A stretch of 64,000 nucleotides of DNA. Source: Eledone cirrhosa. Its lineage: Eukaryota. The translations under genes and the position numbers were made by a program. Shown piece after piece: positions 16,101 to 32,500 of the stretch (position 1 is the first letter of the stretch; each line of letters starts with the position of its first letter). The DNA lies in contig OZ024744.1 in the NCBI GenBank assembly GCA_964016885.1, forward strand, positions 17,236,001 through 17,300,000. The letters are read 5' to 3'. Below the pieces are notes generated by a model that had not been told where the DNA came from, ran no database searches, and saw only the letters and a program-made list of their open reading frames with translations.

Positions 16101-19100
16101 ACATTGACGGCAGGTTGATACAGATTGTTGACCTGTACACCATCAGATATTGATGGCAGGTTGATACTCATTGCTGACCTGTACACCATAAGACATTGAC
16201 GACATGTTGATACTCATTGCTGACCTGTACACCATCAGACATTGACGACAGGTTGATACTCATTGCTGACCTGAACACCATCAGGTATTTACGACAGGTT
16301 GATACTTATTGCTGACCTGTACACCATCTGGTATTGACGACAGGTTGGTACTCATTGTTGACCTGTACACCATCAGATACTGACGACAAGTTGATACTCA
16401 TTGCTGACCTGTACACCATCAGACATTGACGACAGGTTGATACTCATTGCTGACCTGTACACCATCAGGTATTTACGACAGGTTGATACTTATTGCTGAC
16501 CTGTACACCATCTGGTATTGACGACAGGTTGGTTCTCATTGCTGACCTGTACACCATCAAATACTGACGACAGGTTGATACACATTGCTGACCTGATAAC
16601 CATCACACATTGACGACAGGTTGATACTCATTGCTGACCTGTACACCATCAGGTATTGACGACAGGTTGATACTCATTGCTGACCTGTACACCATCAGAC
16701 ATTGACGGCAGGTTGATACTCATTGCTGACCTGTACACCATCAGGTATTGACGACAGGTTTATACTCATTGCTGACCTGTACACCATCAGAGATTGACGG
16801 CAGGTTGTTACACATTGCTGACCTGTACACCATCAGGTATTGACGACAGGTTTATACTCATTGCTGACCTGTACACCATCAGGTATTGACGACAGGTTGA
16901 TACTCATTGCTGACCTGTACACCTTCAGGTATTGACAGCAGGTTGATACTCATTGCTGACCTGTACACCATCAGCCATTGACGGCAGGTTGGTACTCATT
17001 GCTGACCTGTACACCATCAGATATTGACAGCAGGTTGATACTCATTGCTGACCTGTACACCATCAGATACTGACGACATGTTGATACTCATTGCTGACCT
17101 GTACACCATCAGGTATTGACGACAGGTAGGTACTCATTGCTGACCTGTACACCATCAGGTATTGACGGCAGGTTGATACACTTTGTTGACCTGTACACCA
17201 TCAGATACTGACGACAAGTTGATACTCATTGCTGACCTGTACACCATCAGATATTGACGACAGGTTGGTACTCATTGCTGACCTGTACACCATCAGATAC
17301 TGACGACAGGTTGATACTCGTTGCTGACTTGTACACCATCAGACATTGACGACAGGTTGATACTCATTGCTGACCTGTACAACATCAGGTATTTACGACA
17401 GGTTGATACTCATTGCTGACCTGTCCACCATCAGACATTGACGGCAGGTTGATATTCATTGCTGACCTGTATACCATCAGACATTGACGACAGGTTGATA
17501 CTCATTGCTGACCTGTACACCATCAGGTATTGACGACAGGTTGATACTCATTGCTTACCTGTACACCATCAGGTACAGACGACAGGTTGATACTCATTGC
17601 TGACCTGTACACCATCAGACATTGACGGCAGGTTGATACTCATTGCTGTCCTGTACACCATCAGGTATTGACGACAGGTTGATACTCATTGCTGACCTGT
17701 ATACCATCAGACATTGACGACAGGTTGATACGCATTGCTGACCTGTACACCATCAGATACTGACGATCGTTTGATAATCATTGCTGACCTGTACAGCGTC
17801 AGGTATTGAAGACAAGTTGATACGCATTGCTGACCTGTACACCATCAGGTATTGACGACAGGTTGATATCATTGCTGACCTGTACACCATCAGACATTGA
17901 CGACAGGTAGATACTCATTGCTGACCTGTACACCATCAGACATTGACGGCAGGTTGATACTCATTGCTGACCTGTATACCATCATATATTGACGGCAGAT
18001 TGGTACTCATTGCTGACCTGTACACCATCAGACATTTTCGACAGGTTGATACTCATTGTTGACCTGTACACCATCAGACATTGACGACAGGTTGATACTC
18101 ATTGCTGACCTGTACACCATCAAAACATTGACGACAGGTTGATACTCATTGCTAACCTGTACACCATCAGACATTGACGACAGGTTGATACTCATTGCTA
18201 ACCTGTACACCATCACACATTGGCGACAGGTTGATACTCATTGCTGACCTGTACGCCATCCGACATTGACCCCAAGTTGATACCCATTGCTGACCTGTAC
18301 ACCATCAGACATTGACGACAGGTTGATACTCATTGCTGACCTATACACCATCAGATACTGACGACAGGTTGATACTCATTGCTGAGCTGTACACCATCAG
18401 ACATTGACGACAGGTTGATACTCATTGCTGACCTGTACACCATCAAACATTGACGGCAGGTTGATACTCATAGTTGACCTGTACACCATCATGTATTGAC
18501 GACAGGTTGATACTCATTAGTGACCTGTACACCATCAGATACTGACGTCAGGTTTATACTCATTGCTGACCTGTACACCATCAGACATTGACGACAGGTT
18601 GATACTCATTGCTGACCTGTACACCATCAAACATTGACGGCAGGTTGATACTCATAGTTGACCTGTACACCATCATGTATTGACGACAGGTTGATACTCA
18701 TTAGTGACCTGTACACCATCAGGTATTGACGGCATTTTGATACTCATTGCTGACCTGTACACCATCAGACATTGACGACAGGTTGATACTCATAGCTGAC
18801 CTGTACACCATCAGATACTGACGACAGGTTGATACTCATTGCTGAGCTGTACACCATCAGACATTGACGACAGGTTGATACTCATTGCTGACCTGTACAC
18901 CATCAAACATTGACGGCAGGTTGATACTCATAGTTGACCTGTACACCATCATGTATTGACGACAGGTTGATACTCATTGCTGACCAGTACACCATCAGAC
19001 ATTGACGGCAGGTTGATACTCATTGCTAACCTGTACACCATCAGTTATTGACGACAGGTTGATACTCATTGCAGACCTGTACACCATCAGATATTGATGG

Positions 19101-20247
19101 AAGGTTGATACTCATTGCTAACCTGTACACCATCAGACATTCACGGCAGGTTGATACTCATTGCTGACCTGTACATCATCAGACATTGACGGTAGGTTGA
19201 TACTCATCGCTGACCTGTACACCATCAGGTATTTAAGACAGGTTGATACTCATTGCTGACCTGTACACCATCTGGTATTGACGACAGGTTGGTACTCATT
19301 GTTGACCTGTACACCATCAGATAGTGACGACAAGTTGATACTCATTGCTTACCTGTACACCATCAGATATTGACGACAGGTTGGTACTCATTGCTGACCT
19401 GTACACCATCAGATACTGACGACAGGTTGATACTCATTGCTGACCTGATAACAATCACACATTGACGACAGGTTGATACTTATTGCTGACCTGTACACCA
19501 TCAGAGATTAACGGCAGGTTGTTACACATTGCTGACCTGTACACTATAAGGTATTGACGACAGGTTTATACTCATTGCTGACCTGTACAACATCAGGTAT
19601 TGACGACAGGTTGATACTCATTGCTGACCTATACACCATCAGACATTGATGACAGGTTGATACTCATTGCTTACCTGTACACCATCAGGTACAAACGACA
19701 GGTTGATACATATTGCTGACCTGTACACCATCAGCCATTGACGTAAGGTTGATACTCATTGCTGACCTGTACACCATCAGGTATTGACGACAGGTTTATA
19801 CTCATTGCTGACCTGTACACCATCATACACTGACGACAGGTTGATACTTATTGCTGACCTGTACACCATCAGATATTGACGGCAGGTTGATACTCATTGC
19901 TGACCTGTACACCATCAGATATTGGCGGCAGGTTGATACTCATTGCTGACCAGTACACCATCAGATACTGACGACAGGTTGATACTCATTGCTGACCTGT
20001 ACACCATAAGGTATTGACGACAGGTAGGTACTCATTGTTGACCTGTACACCATCAGATACTGACGACAAGTTGATACTCATTGCTGACCTGTACACCATC
20101 AGACACTGACGACAGGTTGATACTCATTGCTGACCTGTCCACCATCAGACATTGACGGCAGGTTGATACACATTGCTGACCTGTACACCATCAGACATTG
20201 ACGACAGGTTGATACTCATTGCTGACCTGTACACCATCAGACAATGA
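7183..20247. repeat. Near-identical tandem duplication of a 6531-bp (142-monomer) block: about 7183-13713 and 13714-20244
   Basis: Rare variants recur at offset 6531: GACGGAAGG monomer 7220/13751, TGACGTTACATAATC about 9001/15532, GACCCCAAG about 11737/18268, and identical ORFs at 11497/18028. 6531 = 142x46 - 1, consistent with two deletions and one insertion inside the unit. Confidence 0.95.
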
Positions 20248-22740
20248 GGACAGGTTGATACTCATTGCTGACCTGTACACCATCAGGTATGGAGGACAGG
20301 TTGATACTCATTGCTGACCTGTACACCATCAGATATTGACGGCAGGTTGATACTCATTGCTGACCTGTACACCATCAGACATTGACGGCAGGTTGATACT
20401 CATTGCTGACCTGTACACCATCAGATACTGACGACAGGTTGATACTCATTGCTGACCTGTACACCATCAGACATTGATGACAGGTTGATACTCATTGTTG
20501 ACTTGTACACCATCAGACATTGACGACAGGTTGATACTCATTGCTGACTTGTACACCATCAGACATTGACGACAGGTTGATACTCATTGCTGACCTGTAC
20601 ACCATCAGTTATTGATGACAGGTTGATACTCATTGTTGACCTGTACACCATCAGACATTGACGACGAATTGATACTCATTGCTCACCTGTACACCATCAG
20701 ATATTGCCGACAGGTTGGTACTCATTGCTGACCTGTACACCATCAGTTATTGACGGCAGGTTGATACTCATTGCTGACCTGTACACCATCAGACATTGAC
20801 GGCAGGTTGATACTCATTGCTGACCTGTACACCATCAGACATTGACGACAGGTTGATACTCATTGCTGACCTGTACACCATCAGTTATTGATGACAGGTT
20901 GATACTCATTGCTGACTTGTACACCATCAGGTACTGACGACGAATTGATACTCATTGCTCACCTGTACACCATCAGATATTGCCGACAGGTTGGTACTCA
21001 TTGCTGACCTGTACACCATCATACATTGACGGCATTTTGATACTCATTGCTGCCCTGTACACCATCAGACATTGACGACAGGTTGATACACATTGCTGAT
21101 CTGTACACCATCAGCTACTGAAGTCAGGTTGATACTCATTGCTGACCTGTACACCATCAGACATTGACGACAGGTTGATACACATTGCTGACCTGTACAC
21201 CATCAGACATTGACGGCAGGTTGATACTCATTGCTGACCTGTACACCATCAGTTATTGACGACAGGTTGATACTCATTGCTGACCTGTACACCATCACAT
21301 ATTGACAGCAGGTTGATACTCATTGCTAACCTGTACACCATCAGACATTGACGGCAGGTAGATACTCATTGCTGACCTGTACACCATCAGGTATTGACGG
21401 TAGGTTGATACTCATTGCTGACCTGTACACCATCAGGTATTGACGGTAGGTTGATACTCATTGCTCACCTGTACACCATCAGGTATTGACGACAGGTTGG
21501 TACTCATTGCTGACCTGTACACCATCAGACATTGACGACAGGTTGATACTCATTACTGACCTGTACACCATCAGACATTGACGGTAGGTTGATACTCATT
21601 GCTGACCTGTACACCATCAGACATTGACGGCAGGTTGATACTCATTGCTGACCAGTACACCATCAGGTATTGACGGTAGGTTGATACTCATTGCTCACCT
21701 GTACACCATCAGGTATTGACGACAGGTTGGTACTCATTGCTGACCTGTACACTATCAGATACTGACGACAGGTTGATACTCATTGCTGACCTGATAACCA
21801 TCAGACATTGACGACAGGTTGATACTCATTGCTGACCTGTACACCATCAGGTATTGACGACAGGTTGATACTCATTGCTGACCTGTACACCATCAGACAT
21901 TGACGGCAGGTTGATACTCATTGCTGACCAGTACACCATCAGGTATTGACGATAGGTTGATACTCATTGCTGACCTGTACACCATCAGACATTGACGGCA
22001 GATTGATACTCATTGCTGACCTGTACACCATCAGGTATTGACGACAAGTTGATACTCATTGCTGACCTGTACACCATCAGGTATTGACGACAGGTTGATA
22101 CTCATTGCTGACCTGTACACCATCAGGTATTGACGACAGGTTGGTACTCATTGCTGACCTGTACACTATCAGATACTGACGACAGGTTGATACTCATTGC
22201 TGACCTGATAACCATCAGACATTGACGACAGGTTGATACTCATTGCTGACCTGTACACCATCAGGTACAGATGACAGGTTGATACACATTGCAGACCTGT
22301 ACACCATCAGGTATTGACGACAGGTTGGTACTCATTGCTGACCTGTACACCTTCAGACATTGACGGCAGGTTGATTTTCATTGCTGACCTGTACACCATC
22401 AGACATTGACGGCAGGTTGGTACTCATTGCTGACCTGTACACCATCAGACATTGACGGCAGGTTGATACTCATTGCTGACCTGTACACCATCAGGTATTG
22501 ACGACAGGTTGATACTCATTGCTGACCTGTACACCATCAGATACTGACGACAAGTTGATACTCATTGCTGACCTGTACACCATCAGACACTGACGACAGG
22601 TTGATACTCATTGCTGACCTGTCCACCATCAGACATTGACGGCAGGTTGATACACATTGCTGACCTGTACACCATCAGACATTGACGACAGGTTGATACT
22701 CATTGCTGACCTGTACACCATCAGACATTGACGACAGGTT

Positions 22741-25700
22741 GCTACTCATTGCTGACCTGTACACCATCAGGTATTGACAGCAGGTTGATACACATTGCTG
22801 ATCTGTACACCATCAGACTTTGACGGCAGGTTGATACTCATTGCTGACCTGTACACCATCAGACGTTGACGGCAGGTTGATACTCATTGCTGTCCTGTAC
22901 ACCATCAGGTATTGACGACAGGTTGATACTCATTGCTGACCTGTACACCATCAGACATTGAGGACAGGTTGATATTCATTGCTGACCTGTACACCATCAG
23001 ATACCGACGACAGGTTGATACTCATTTCTGACCTGTACACCATCAGACATTGACGGCAGGTTGATACTCATTGCTGACCTGTACACCATCAGACATTGAC
23101 GACAGGTTGATACTCATTGCTGACCTGTACACCATCAGACATTGACGACTGGTTGATACTCATTGCTGACCTGTACACCATCAGGTATTGTCGACAGGTT
23201 GATACTCATTGCTGACCTGTACACCATCAGTTATTGACGACAGGTTGATACTCATTGCTGACCTGTACACCATCAGACATTGACGGCAGGTTGATACTCA
23301 TTGCTGACCTGTACACCATCAGTTATTGACGACAGGTTGATACTCATTGTTGACCTGTACACCATCAGATACTGACGACAAGTTGATACTCATTGCTCAC
23401 CTGTACACCATCAGATATTGAGGACAGGTTGGTACTCATTGCTGACCTCTACACCATCAGATACTGACGACAGGTTGATACTCATTGCTGACCTGATAAC
23501 CATCAGACATTGACGGCATTTTGATACTCATTGCTGACCTGTACACCATCAGACATTGACGACAGGTTGATACTCGTTGCTGATCTGTACACCATCAGAT
23601 ACTGACGACAGGTTGATACTCATTGCTGACCTGTACACCATCAGACATTGACGGCAGGTTGATACTCATTGCTGACCTGTACACCATCAGACATTGACGG
23701 CAGGTTGATACTCATTGCTGAGCTGTACACCATCAGTTATTGACGACAGGTTGATACTCATTGCTGACCTGTACACCATCAGATATTGACGGCAGGTTGA
23801 TACTCATTGCTAACCTGTACACCATCAGACATTGACGGCAGGTTGATACTCATTGCTGACCTGTACATCATCAGACATTGACGGTAGGTTGATACTCATT
23901 GCTGACCTGTACACCATCAGACATTGACGACAGGTTGGTACTCATTGCTGACCTGTACACCATCAGATACTGACGACAGGTTGCTACTCATTGCTGACCT
24001 GTACACCATCAGGTATTGACAGCAGGTTGATACACATTGCTGATCTGTACACCATCAGACTTTGACGGCAGGTTGATACTCATTGCTGACCTGTACACCA
24101 TCAGACGTTGACGGCAGGTTGATACTCATTGCTGTCCTGTGCACCATCAGGTATTGACGACAGGTTGATACTCATTGCTGACCTGTACACCATCAGACAT
24201 TGACGACAGGTTGATATTCATTGCTGACCTGTACACCATCAGATACCGACGACAGGTTGATACTCATTTCTGACCTGTACACCATCAGACATTGACGGCA
24301 GGTTGATACTCATTGCTTACCTGTACACCATCAGACATTGACGGCAGGTTGATACTCATTGCTGACCTGTACACCATCAGTTATTGACGACAGGTTGATA
24401 CTCATTGCTGACCTGTACACCATCAGACATTGACGGCAGGTTGATACTAATTGCTGACCTGTACACTATCAGACATTGACGGCAGGTTGATACTCATTGC
24501 TGTCCTGTACACCATCAGTTATTGACGACAGGTTGATACTCATTGTTGACCTGTACACCATCAGATACTGACGACAAGTTGATACTCATTGCTCACCTGT
24601 ACACCATCAGATATTGAGGACAGGTTGGTACTCATTGCTGACCTCTACACCATCAGATACTGACGACAGGTTGATACTCATTGCTGACCTGATAACAATC
24701 ACACATTGACGACAGGTTGTTACACATTGCTGACCTGTACACCATAAGGTATTGACGACAGGTTTATACTCATTGCTGACCTGTACAACATCAGGTATTG
24801 ACGACAGGTTGATACTCATTGCTGACCTATACACCATCAGACATTGATGACAGGTTGATACTCATTGCTTACCTGTACACCATCAGACATTCACGTCAGG
24901 TTGATACTCGTTGCTGATCTGTACACCATCAGATACTGACGACAGGTTGATACTCATTGCTGACCTGTACACCATCAGACATTGACGGCAGGTTGATACT
25001 CATTGCTGAGCTGTACACCATCAGTTATTGACGACAGGTTGATACTCATTGCTGACCTGTACACCATCAGATATTGACGGCAGGTTGATACTCATTGCTA
25101 ACCTGTACACCATCAGACATTGACGGCAGGTTGATACTCATTGCTGACCTGTACATCATCAGACATTGACGGTAGGTTGATACTCATTGCTGACCTGTAC
25201 ACCATCAGACATTGACGACAGGTTGGTACTCATTGCTGACCTGTACACCATCAGATACTGACGACAGGTTGATACTCATTGCTGACCTGTACACCATCAG
25301 ACACTTACGACAGGTTGATACTCATTGCTGACCTGTCCACCATCAGACATTGACGGCAGGTTGATACACATTGCTGACCTGTACACCATCAGACATTGAC
25401 GACAGGTTGATACTCATTGCTGACCTGTACACCATCAGGTATTGACGACAGGTTGATACTCATTGCTGACCTGTACACCATCAGACATTGACGGCAGGTT
25501 GATACTCATTGCTGACCTGTACACCATCAGATACTGACGACAGGTTGATACTCATTGCTGACCAGTACACCATCAGACATTGATGACAGGTTGATACTCA
25601 TTGCTGACCTGTACACCATCAGACATTGACGGCAGGTTGATACTCATTGCTGACCTGTACACCATCAGTTATTGACGACAGGTTGATACTCATTGTTGAC

Positions 25701-28700
25701 CTGTACACCATCAGATACTGACGACAAGTTGATACTCATTGCTCACCTGTACACCATCAGATATTGAGGACAGGTTGGTACTCATTGCTGACCTCTACAC
25801 CATCAGATACTGACGACAGGTTGATACTCATTGCTGACCTGATAACCATCAGATATTGACGGCATTTTGATACTCATTGCTGACCTGTACACCATCAGAC
25901 ATTGACGACAGGTTGATACTCGTTGCTGATCTGTACACCATGATATACTGACGACAGGTTGATACTCATTGCTGACCTGTACACCATCAGACATTGACGG
26001 CAGGTTGATACTCATTGCTGACCTGTACACCATCAGACATTGACGGCAGGTTGATACTCATTGCTGAGCTGTACACCATCAGACATTGACGACAGGTTGG
26101 TACACATTGCTGACCTGTACACCATCAGATACTGACGACAGGTTGCTACTCATTGCTGACCTGTACACCATCAGGTATTGACAGCAGGTTGATACACATT
26201 GCTGATCTGTACACCATCAGACTTTGACGGCAGGTTGATACTCATTGCTGACCTGTACACCATCAGACGTTGACGGCAGGTTGATACTCATTGCTGTCCT
26301 GTGCACCATCAGGTATTGACGACAGGTTGATACTCATTGCTGACCTGTACACCATCAGACATTGACGACAGGTTGATATTCATTGCTGACCTGTACACCA
26401 TCAGATACCGACGACAGGTTGATACTCATTTCTGACCTGTACACCATCAGACATTGACGGCAGGTTGATACTCATTGCTGACCTGTACACCATCAGACAT
26501 TGACGACAGGTTGATACTCATTGCTGACCTGTACACCATCAGACATTGACGACTGGTTGATACTCATTGCTGACCTGTACACCATCAGGTATTGTCGACA
26601 GGTTGATACTCATTGCTGACCTGTACACCATCAGTTATTGACGACAGGTTGATACTCATTGCTGACCTGTACACCATCAGACATTGACGGCAGGTTGATA
26701 CTCATTGCTGACCTGTACACCATCAGTTATTGACGACAGGTTGATACTCATTGTTGACCTGTACACCATCAGATACTGACGACAAGTTGATACTCATTGC
26801 TCACCTGTACACCATCAGATATTGAGGACAGGTTGGTACTCATTGCTGACCTCTACACCATCAGATACTGACGACAGGTTGATACTCATTGCTGACCTGA
26901 TAACCATCAGACATTGACGGCATTTTGATACTCATTGCTGACCTGTACACCATCAGACATTGACGACAGGTTGATACTCGTTGCTGATCTGTACACCATC
27001 AGATACTGACGACAGGTTGATACTCATTGCTGACCTGTACACCATCAGACATTGACGGCAGGTTGATACTCATTGCTGACCTGTACACCATCAGACATTG
27101 ACGGCAGGTTGATACTCATTGCTGAGCTGTACACCATCAGTTATTGACGACAGGTTGATACTCATTGCTGACCTGTACACCATCAGATATTGACGGCAGG
27201 TTGATACTCATTGCTAACCTGTACACCATCAGACATTGACGGCAGGTTGATACTCATTGCTGACCTGTACATCATCAGACATTGACGGTAGGTTGATACT
27301 CATTGCTGACCTGTACACCATCAGACATTGACGACAGGTTGGTACTCATTGCTGACCTGTACACCATCAGATACTGACGACAGGTTGCTACTCATTGCTG
27401 ACCTGTACACCATCAGGTATTGACAGCAGGTTGATACACATTGCTGATCTGTACACCATCAGACTTTGACGGCAGGTTGATACTCATTGCTGACCTGTAC
27501 ACCATCAGACGTTGACGGCAGGTTGATACTCATTGCTGTCCTGTGCACCATCAGGTATTGACGACAGGTTGATACTCATTGCTGACCTGTACACCATCAG
27601 ACATTGACGACAGGTTGATATTCATTGCTGACCTGTACACCATCAGATACCGACGACAGGTTGATACTCATTTCTGACCTGTACACCATCAGACATTGAC
27701 GGCAGGTTGATACTCATTGCTTACCTGTACACCATCAGACATTGACGGCAGGTTGATACTCATTGCTGACCTGTACACCATCAGTTATTGACGACAGGTT
27801 GATACTCATTGCTGACCTGTACACCATCAGACATTGACGGCAGGTTGATACTAATTGCTGACCTGTACACTATCAGACATTGACGGCAGGTTGATACTCA
27901 TTGCTGTCCTGTACACCATCAGTTATTGACGACAGGTTGATACTCATTGTTGACCTGTACACCATCAGATACTGACGACAAGTTGATACTCATTGCTCAC
28001 CTGTACACCATCAGATATTGAGGACAGGTTGGTACTCATTGCTGACCTCTACACCATCAGATACTGACGACAGGTTGATACTCATTGCTGACCTGATAAC
28101 AATCACACATTGACGACAGGTTGTTACACATTGCTGACCTGTACACCATAAGGTATTGACGACAGGTTTATACTCATTGCTGACCTGTACAACATCAGGT
28201 ATTGACGACAGGTTGATACTCATTGCTGACCTATACACCATCAGACATTGATGACAGGTTGATACTCATTGCTTACCTGTACACCATCAGACATTCACGT
28301 CAGGTTGATACTCGTTGCTGATCTGTACACCATCAGATACTGACGACAGGTTGATACTCATTGCTGACCTGTACACCATCAGACATTGACGGCAGGTTGA
28401 TACTCATTGCTGAGCTGTACACCATCAGTTATTGACGACAGGTTGATACTCATTGCTGACCTGTACACCATCAGATATTGACGGCAGGTTGATACTCATT
28501 GCTAACCTGTACACCATCAGACATTGACGGCAGGTTGATACTCATTGCTGACCTGTACATCATCAGACATTGACGGTAGGTTGATACTCATTGCTGACCT
28601 GTACACCATCAGACATTGACGACAGGTTGGTACTCATTGCTGACCTGTACACCATCAGATACTGACGACAGGTTGATACTCATTGCTGACCTGTACACCA

Positions 28701-29549
28701 TCAGACACTTACGACAGGTTGATACTCATTGCTGACCTGTCCACCATCAGACATTGACGGCAGGTTGATACACATTGCTGACCTGTACACCATCAGACAT
28801 TGACGACAGGTTGATACTCATTGCTGACCTGTACACCATCAGGTATTGACGACAGGTTGATACTCATTGCTGACCTGTACACCATCAGACATTGACGGCA
28901 GGTTGATACTCATTGCTGACCTGTACACCATCAGATACTGACGACAGGTTGATACTCATTGCTGACCAGTACACCATCAGACATTGATGACAGGTTGATA
29001 CTCATTGCTGACCTGTACACCATCAGACATTGACGGCAGGTTGATACTCATTGCTGACCTGTACACCATCAGTTATTGACGACAGGTTGATACTCATTGT
29101 TGACCTGTACACCATCAGATACTGACGACAAGTTGATACTCATTGCTCACCTGTACACCATCAGATATTGAGGACAGGTTGGTACTCATTGCTGACCTCT
29201 ACACCATCAGATACTGACGACAGGTTGATACTCATTGCTGACCTGATAACCATCAGATATTGACGGCATTTTGATACTCATTGCTGACCTGTACACCATC
29301 AGACATTGACGACAGGTTGATACTCGTTGCTGATCTGTACACCATGATATACTGACGACAGGTTGATACTCATTGCTGACCTGTACACCATCAGACATTG
29401 ACGGCAGGTTGATACTCATTGCTGACCTGTACACCATCAGACATTGACGGCAGGTTGATACTCATTGCTGAGCTGTACACCATCAGACATTGACGACAGG
29501 TTGGTACACATTGCTGACCTGTACACCATCAGATACTGACGACAGGTTG
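22741..29549. repeat. Tandem duplication of a 3404-bp (74-monomer) block: about 22741-26144 and 26145-29549
   Basis: Identical ORF pairs 24607/28011 and 25803/29207, GACTGG 23147/26551 and GATAACAATC 24691/28095 all lie at offset 3404 = 74x46. A couple of differences fall in the first five monomers. Confidence 0.92.
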
Positions 29550-32500
29550 ATACTCATTGCTGACCTGTACACCATCAGGTATTGACGACAGGTTGATACT
29601 CATTGCTGACCTGTACACCATCAGACATTGACGGCAGGTTGATACTCATTGCTGACCTGTACACCATCAGATACTGACGACAGGTTGATACTCATTGCTG
29701 ACCAGTACACCATCAGACATTGACGACAGGTTGATACTCATTGCTGACCTGTACACGATCAGATATTGACGGCAGGTTGATACTCATTGCTAACCTGTAC
29801 ACCATCAGACATTGACGGCAGGTTGATACTCATTGCTGACCTGTACTTCATCAGACATTGACGGTAGGTTGATACTCATTGCTGACCTGTAAACCATCAG
29901 ACATTGACGACAGGTTGGTACTCATTGCTGACCAATACACCATCAGATACTGACGACAGGTTGATACTCATTGCTGACCTGTACACCATCAGACACTTAC
30001 GACAGGTTGATACTCATTGCTGACCTGTCCACCATCAGACATTGACGGCAGGTTGATACACATTGCTGACCTGTACACCATCAGACATTGACGACAGGTT
30101 GATACTCATTGCTGACCTGTACACCATCAGGTATTGACGACAGGTTGATACTCATTGCTGACCTGTACACCATCAGACATTGACGGCAGGTTGATACTCA
30201 TTGCTGACCTGTACACCATCAGATACTGACGACAGGTTGATACTCATTGCTGACCAGTACACCATCAGACATTGATGACAGGTTGATACTCATTGCTGAC
30301 CTGTACACCATCAGACATTGACGACAGATTGCTACTCATTGCTGACCTGTACACCATCAGGTATTGACAGCAGGTTGATACTCATTGCTGATCTGTACAC
30401 CATCAGATTTTGACGGCAGGTTGATACTCATTGCTGACCTGTACACCATCAGTTATTGACGACAGGTTGATACTCATTGCTCACCTGTACACCATCAGAT
30501 ATTGACGACAGGTTGGTACTCATTGCTGACCTGTAAACCATCAGATACTGACGACAGGTTGATACTCATTGCTTACCTGATAACCATCAGGCATTGACGG
30601 CATTTTGATACTCATTGCTGACCTGTACACCATCAGACATTGACGACAGGTTGATACTCGTTGTTGATTTGTACACCATCAGATACTGACGACAGGTTGA
30701 TACTCATTGCTGACCTGTACACCATCATACATTGACGGCAGGTTGATACTCATTGCTGACCTGTACACCATCAGGCAGTGACGGCAGGTTGCTACTCATT
30801 GTTGAACTGTACACCATCAGTTATTGACGACAGGTTGATACTCATTGCTGACCTGTACACCATCATATATTGACGGCAGGTTGATACTCATTGCTAACCT
30901 GTACACCATCAGACATTGACGGCAGGTTGATATTCATTGCTGACCTGTACACCATCAGACATTGACGGTAGGTTGATACTCATTGCTGACCTGTACACCA
31001 TCAGGTATTTACGACAGGTTGATACTCATTGCTGACCTGTACACCATCAGGTATTGACGACAGGTTGATACACATTGCTGACCTGTACACCATCAGGTAT
31101 TGACGACAGGTTGGTACTCATTGTTGAGCTGTACACCATCAGATACTGACGACGTGTTGATTCTCATTGCTCACCTGTACACCATCAGATATTGACGACA
31201 GGTTGGTACTCATTGCTGATATGTACACCATCAGACTTTGACGGCAGGTTGATACTCATTGCTGTCCTGTACACCATCAGGTATTGACGACAGGTTGATA
31301 CTCATTGCTGACCTGTACACCATCAGACATTGACGACAGGTTGATATTCATTGCTGACCTGTACACCATCAGATACCGACGACAGGTTGATACTCATTTC
31401 TGACCTGTACACCATCAGACATTGACGGCAGGTTGATACTCATTGCTTACCTGTACACCATCAGACATTGACGACAGGTTGATACTCATTGCTGACCTGT
31501 ACACCATCAGACATTGACGACTGGTTGATACTCATTGCTGACCTGTACACCATCAGGTATTGACGACAGGTTGATACTCATTGCTGACCTGTACACCATC
31601 AGTTATGGACGACAGGTTGATACTCATTGCTGACCTGTACACCATCAGACATTGACGGCAGGTTGATACTAATTGCTGACCTGTACACTATCAGACATTG
31701 ACGGCAGGTTGATACTCATTGCTGACCTGTACACCATCAGTTATTGACGACAGGTTGATACTCATTGTTGACCTGTACACCATCAGATACTGACGACAAG
31801 TTGATACTCATTGCTCACCTGTACACCATCAGATATTGAGGACAGGTTGGTACTCATTGCTGACCTCTACACCATCAGATACTGACGACAGGTTGATACT
31901 CATTGCAGACCTGATAACAATCACACATTGACGACAGGTTGATACTTATTGCTGACCTGTACACCATCAGAGATTAACGGCAGGTTGTTACACATTGCTG
32001 ACCTGTACACCATAAGGTATTGACGACAGGTTTATACTCATTGCTGACCTGTACAACATCAGGTATTGACGACAGGTTGATACTCATTGCTGACCTATAC
32101 ACCATCAGACATTGATGACAGGTTGATACTCATTGCTAACCTGTACACCATCAGAGATTGACGGCAGGTTGATACTCATTGCTGACCTGTACATCATCAG
32201 ACATTGACGGTAGGTTGATACTCATTGCTGACCTGTACACCATCAGACATTGACGACAGGTTGGTACTCATTGCTGACCTGTACACCATCAGATACTGAC
32301 GACAGGTTGATACTCATTGCTGACCTGTACACCATCAGATACTGACGACAAGTTGATACTCATTGCTGACCTGTACACCATCAGACATTGACGGTAGGTT
32401 GATACTCATTGCTGACCTGTACACCATCAGACATTGACGACAGGTTGGTACTCATTGCTGACCTGTACACCATCAGACACTTACGACAGGTTGATACTCA

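Noticed and set aside
23860-23885. Satellite-encoded hammerhead ribozyme (minus strand has CTGATGG, and CTGATGA in ACATCATCAG variants)
   Set aside because: The consensus lacks the CUGANGA box and the GAAA box, and no three-stem core can be drawn.
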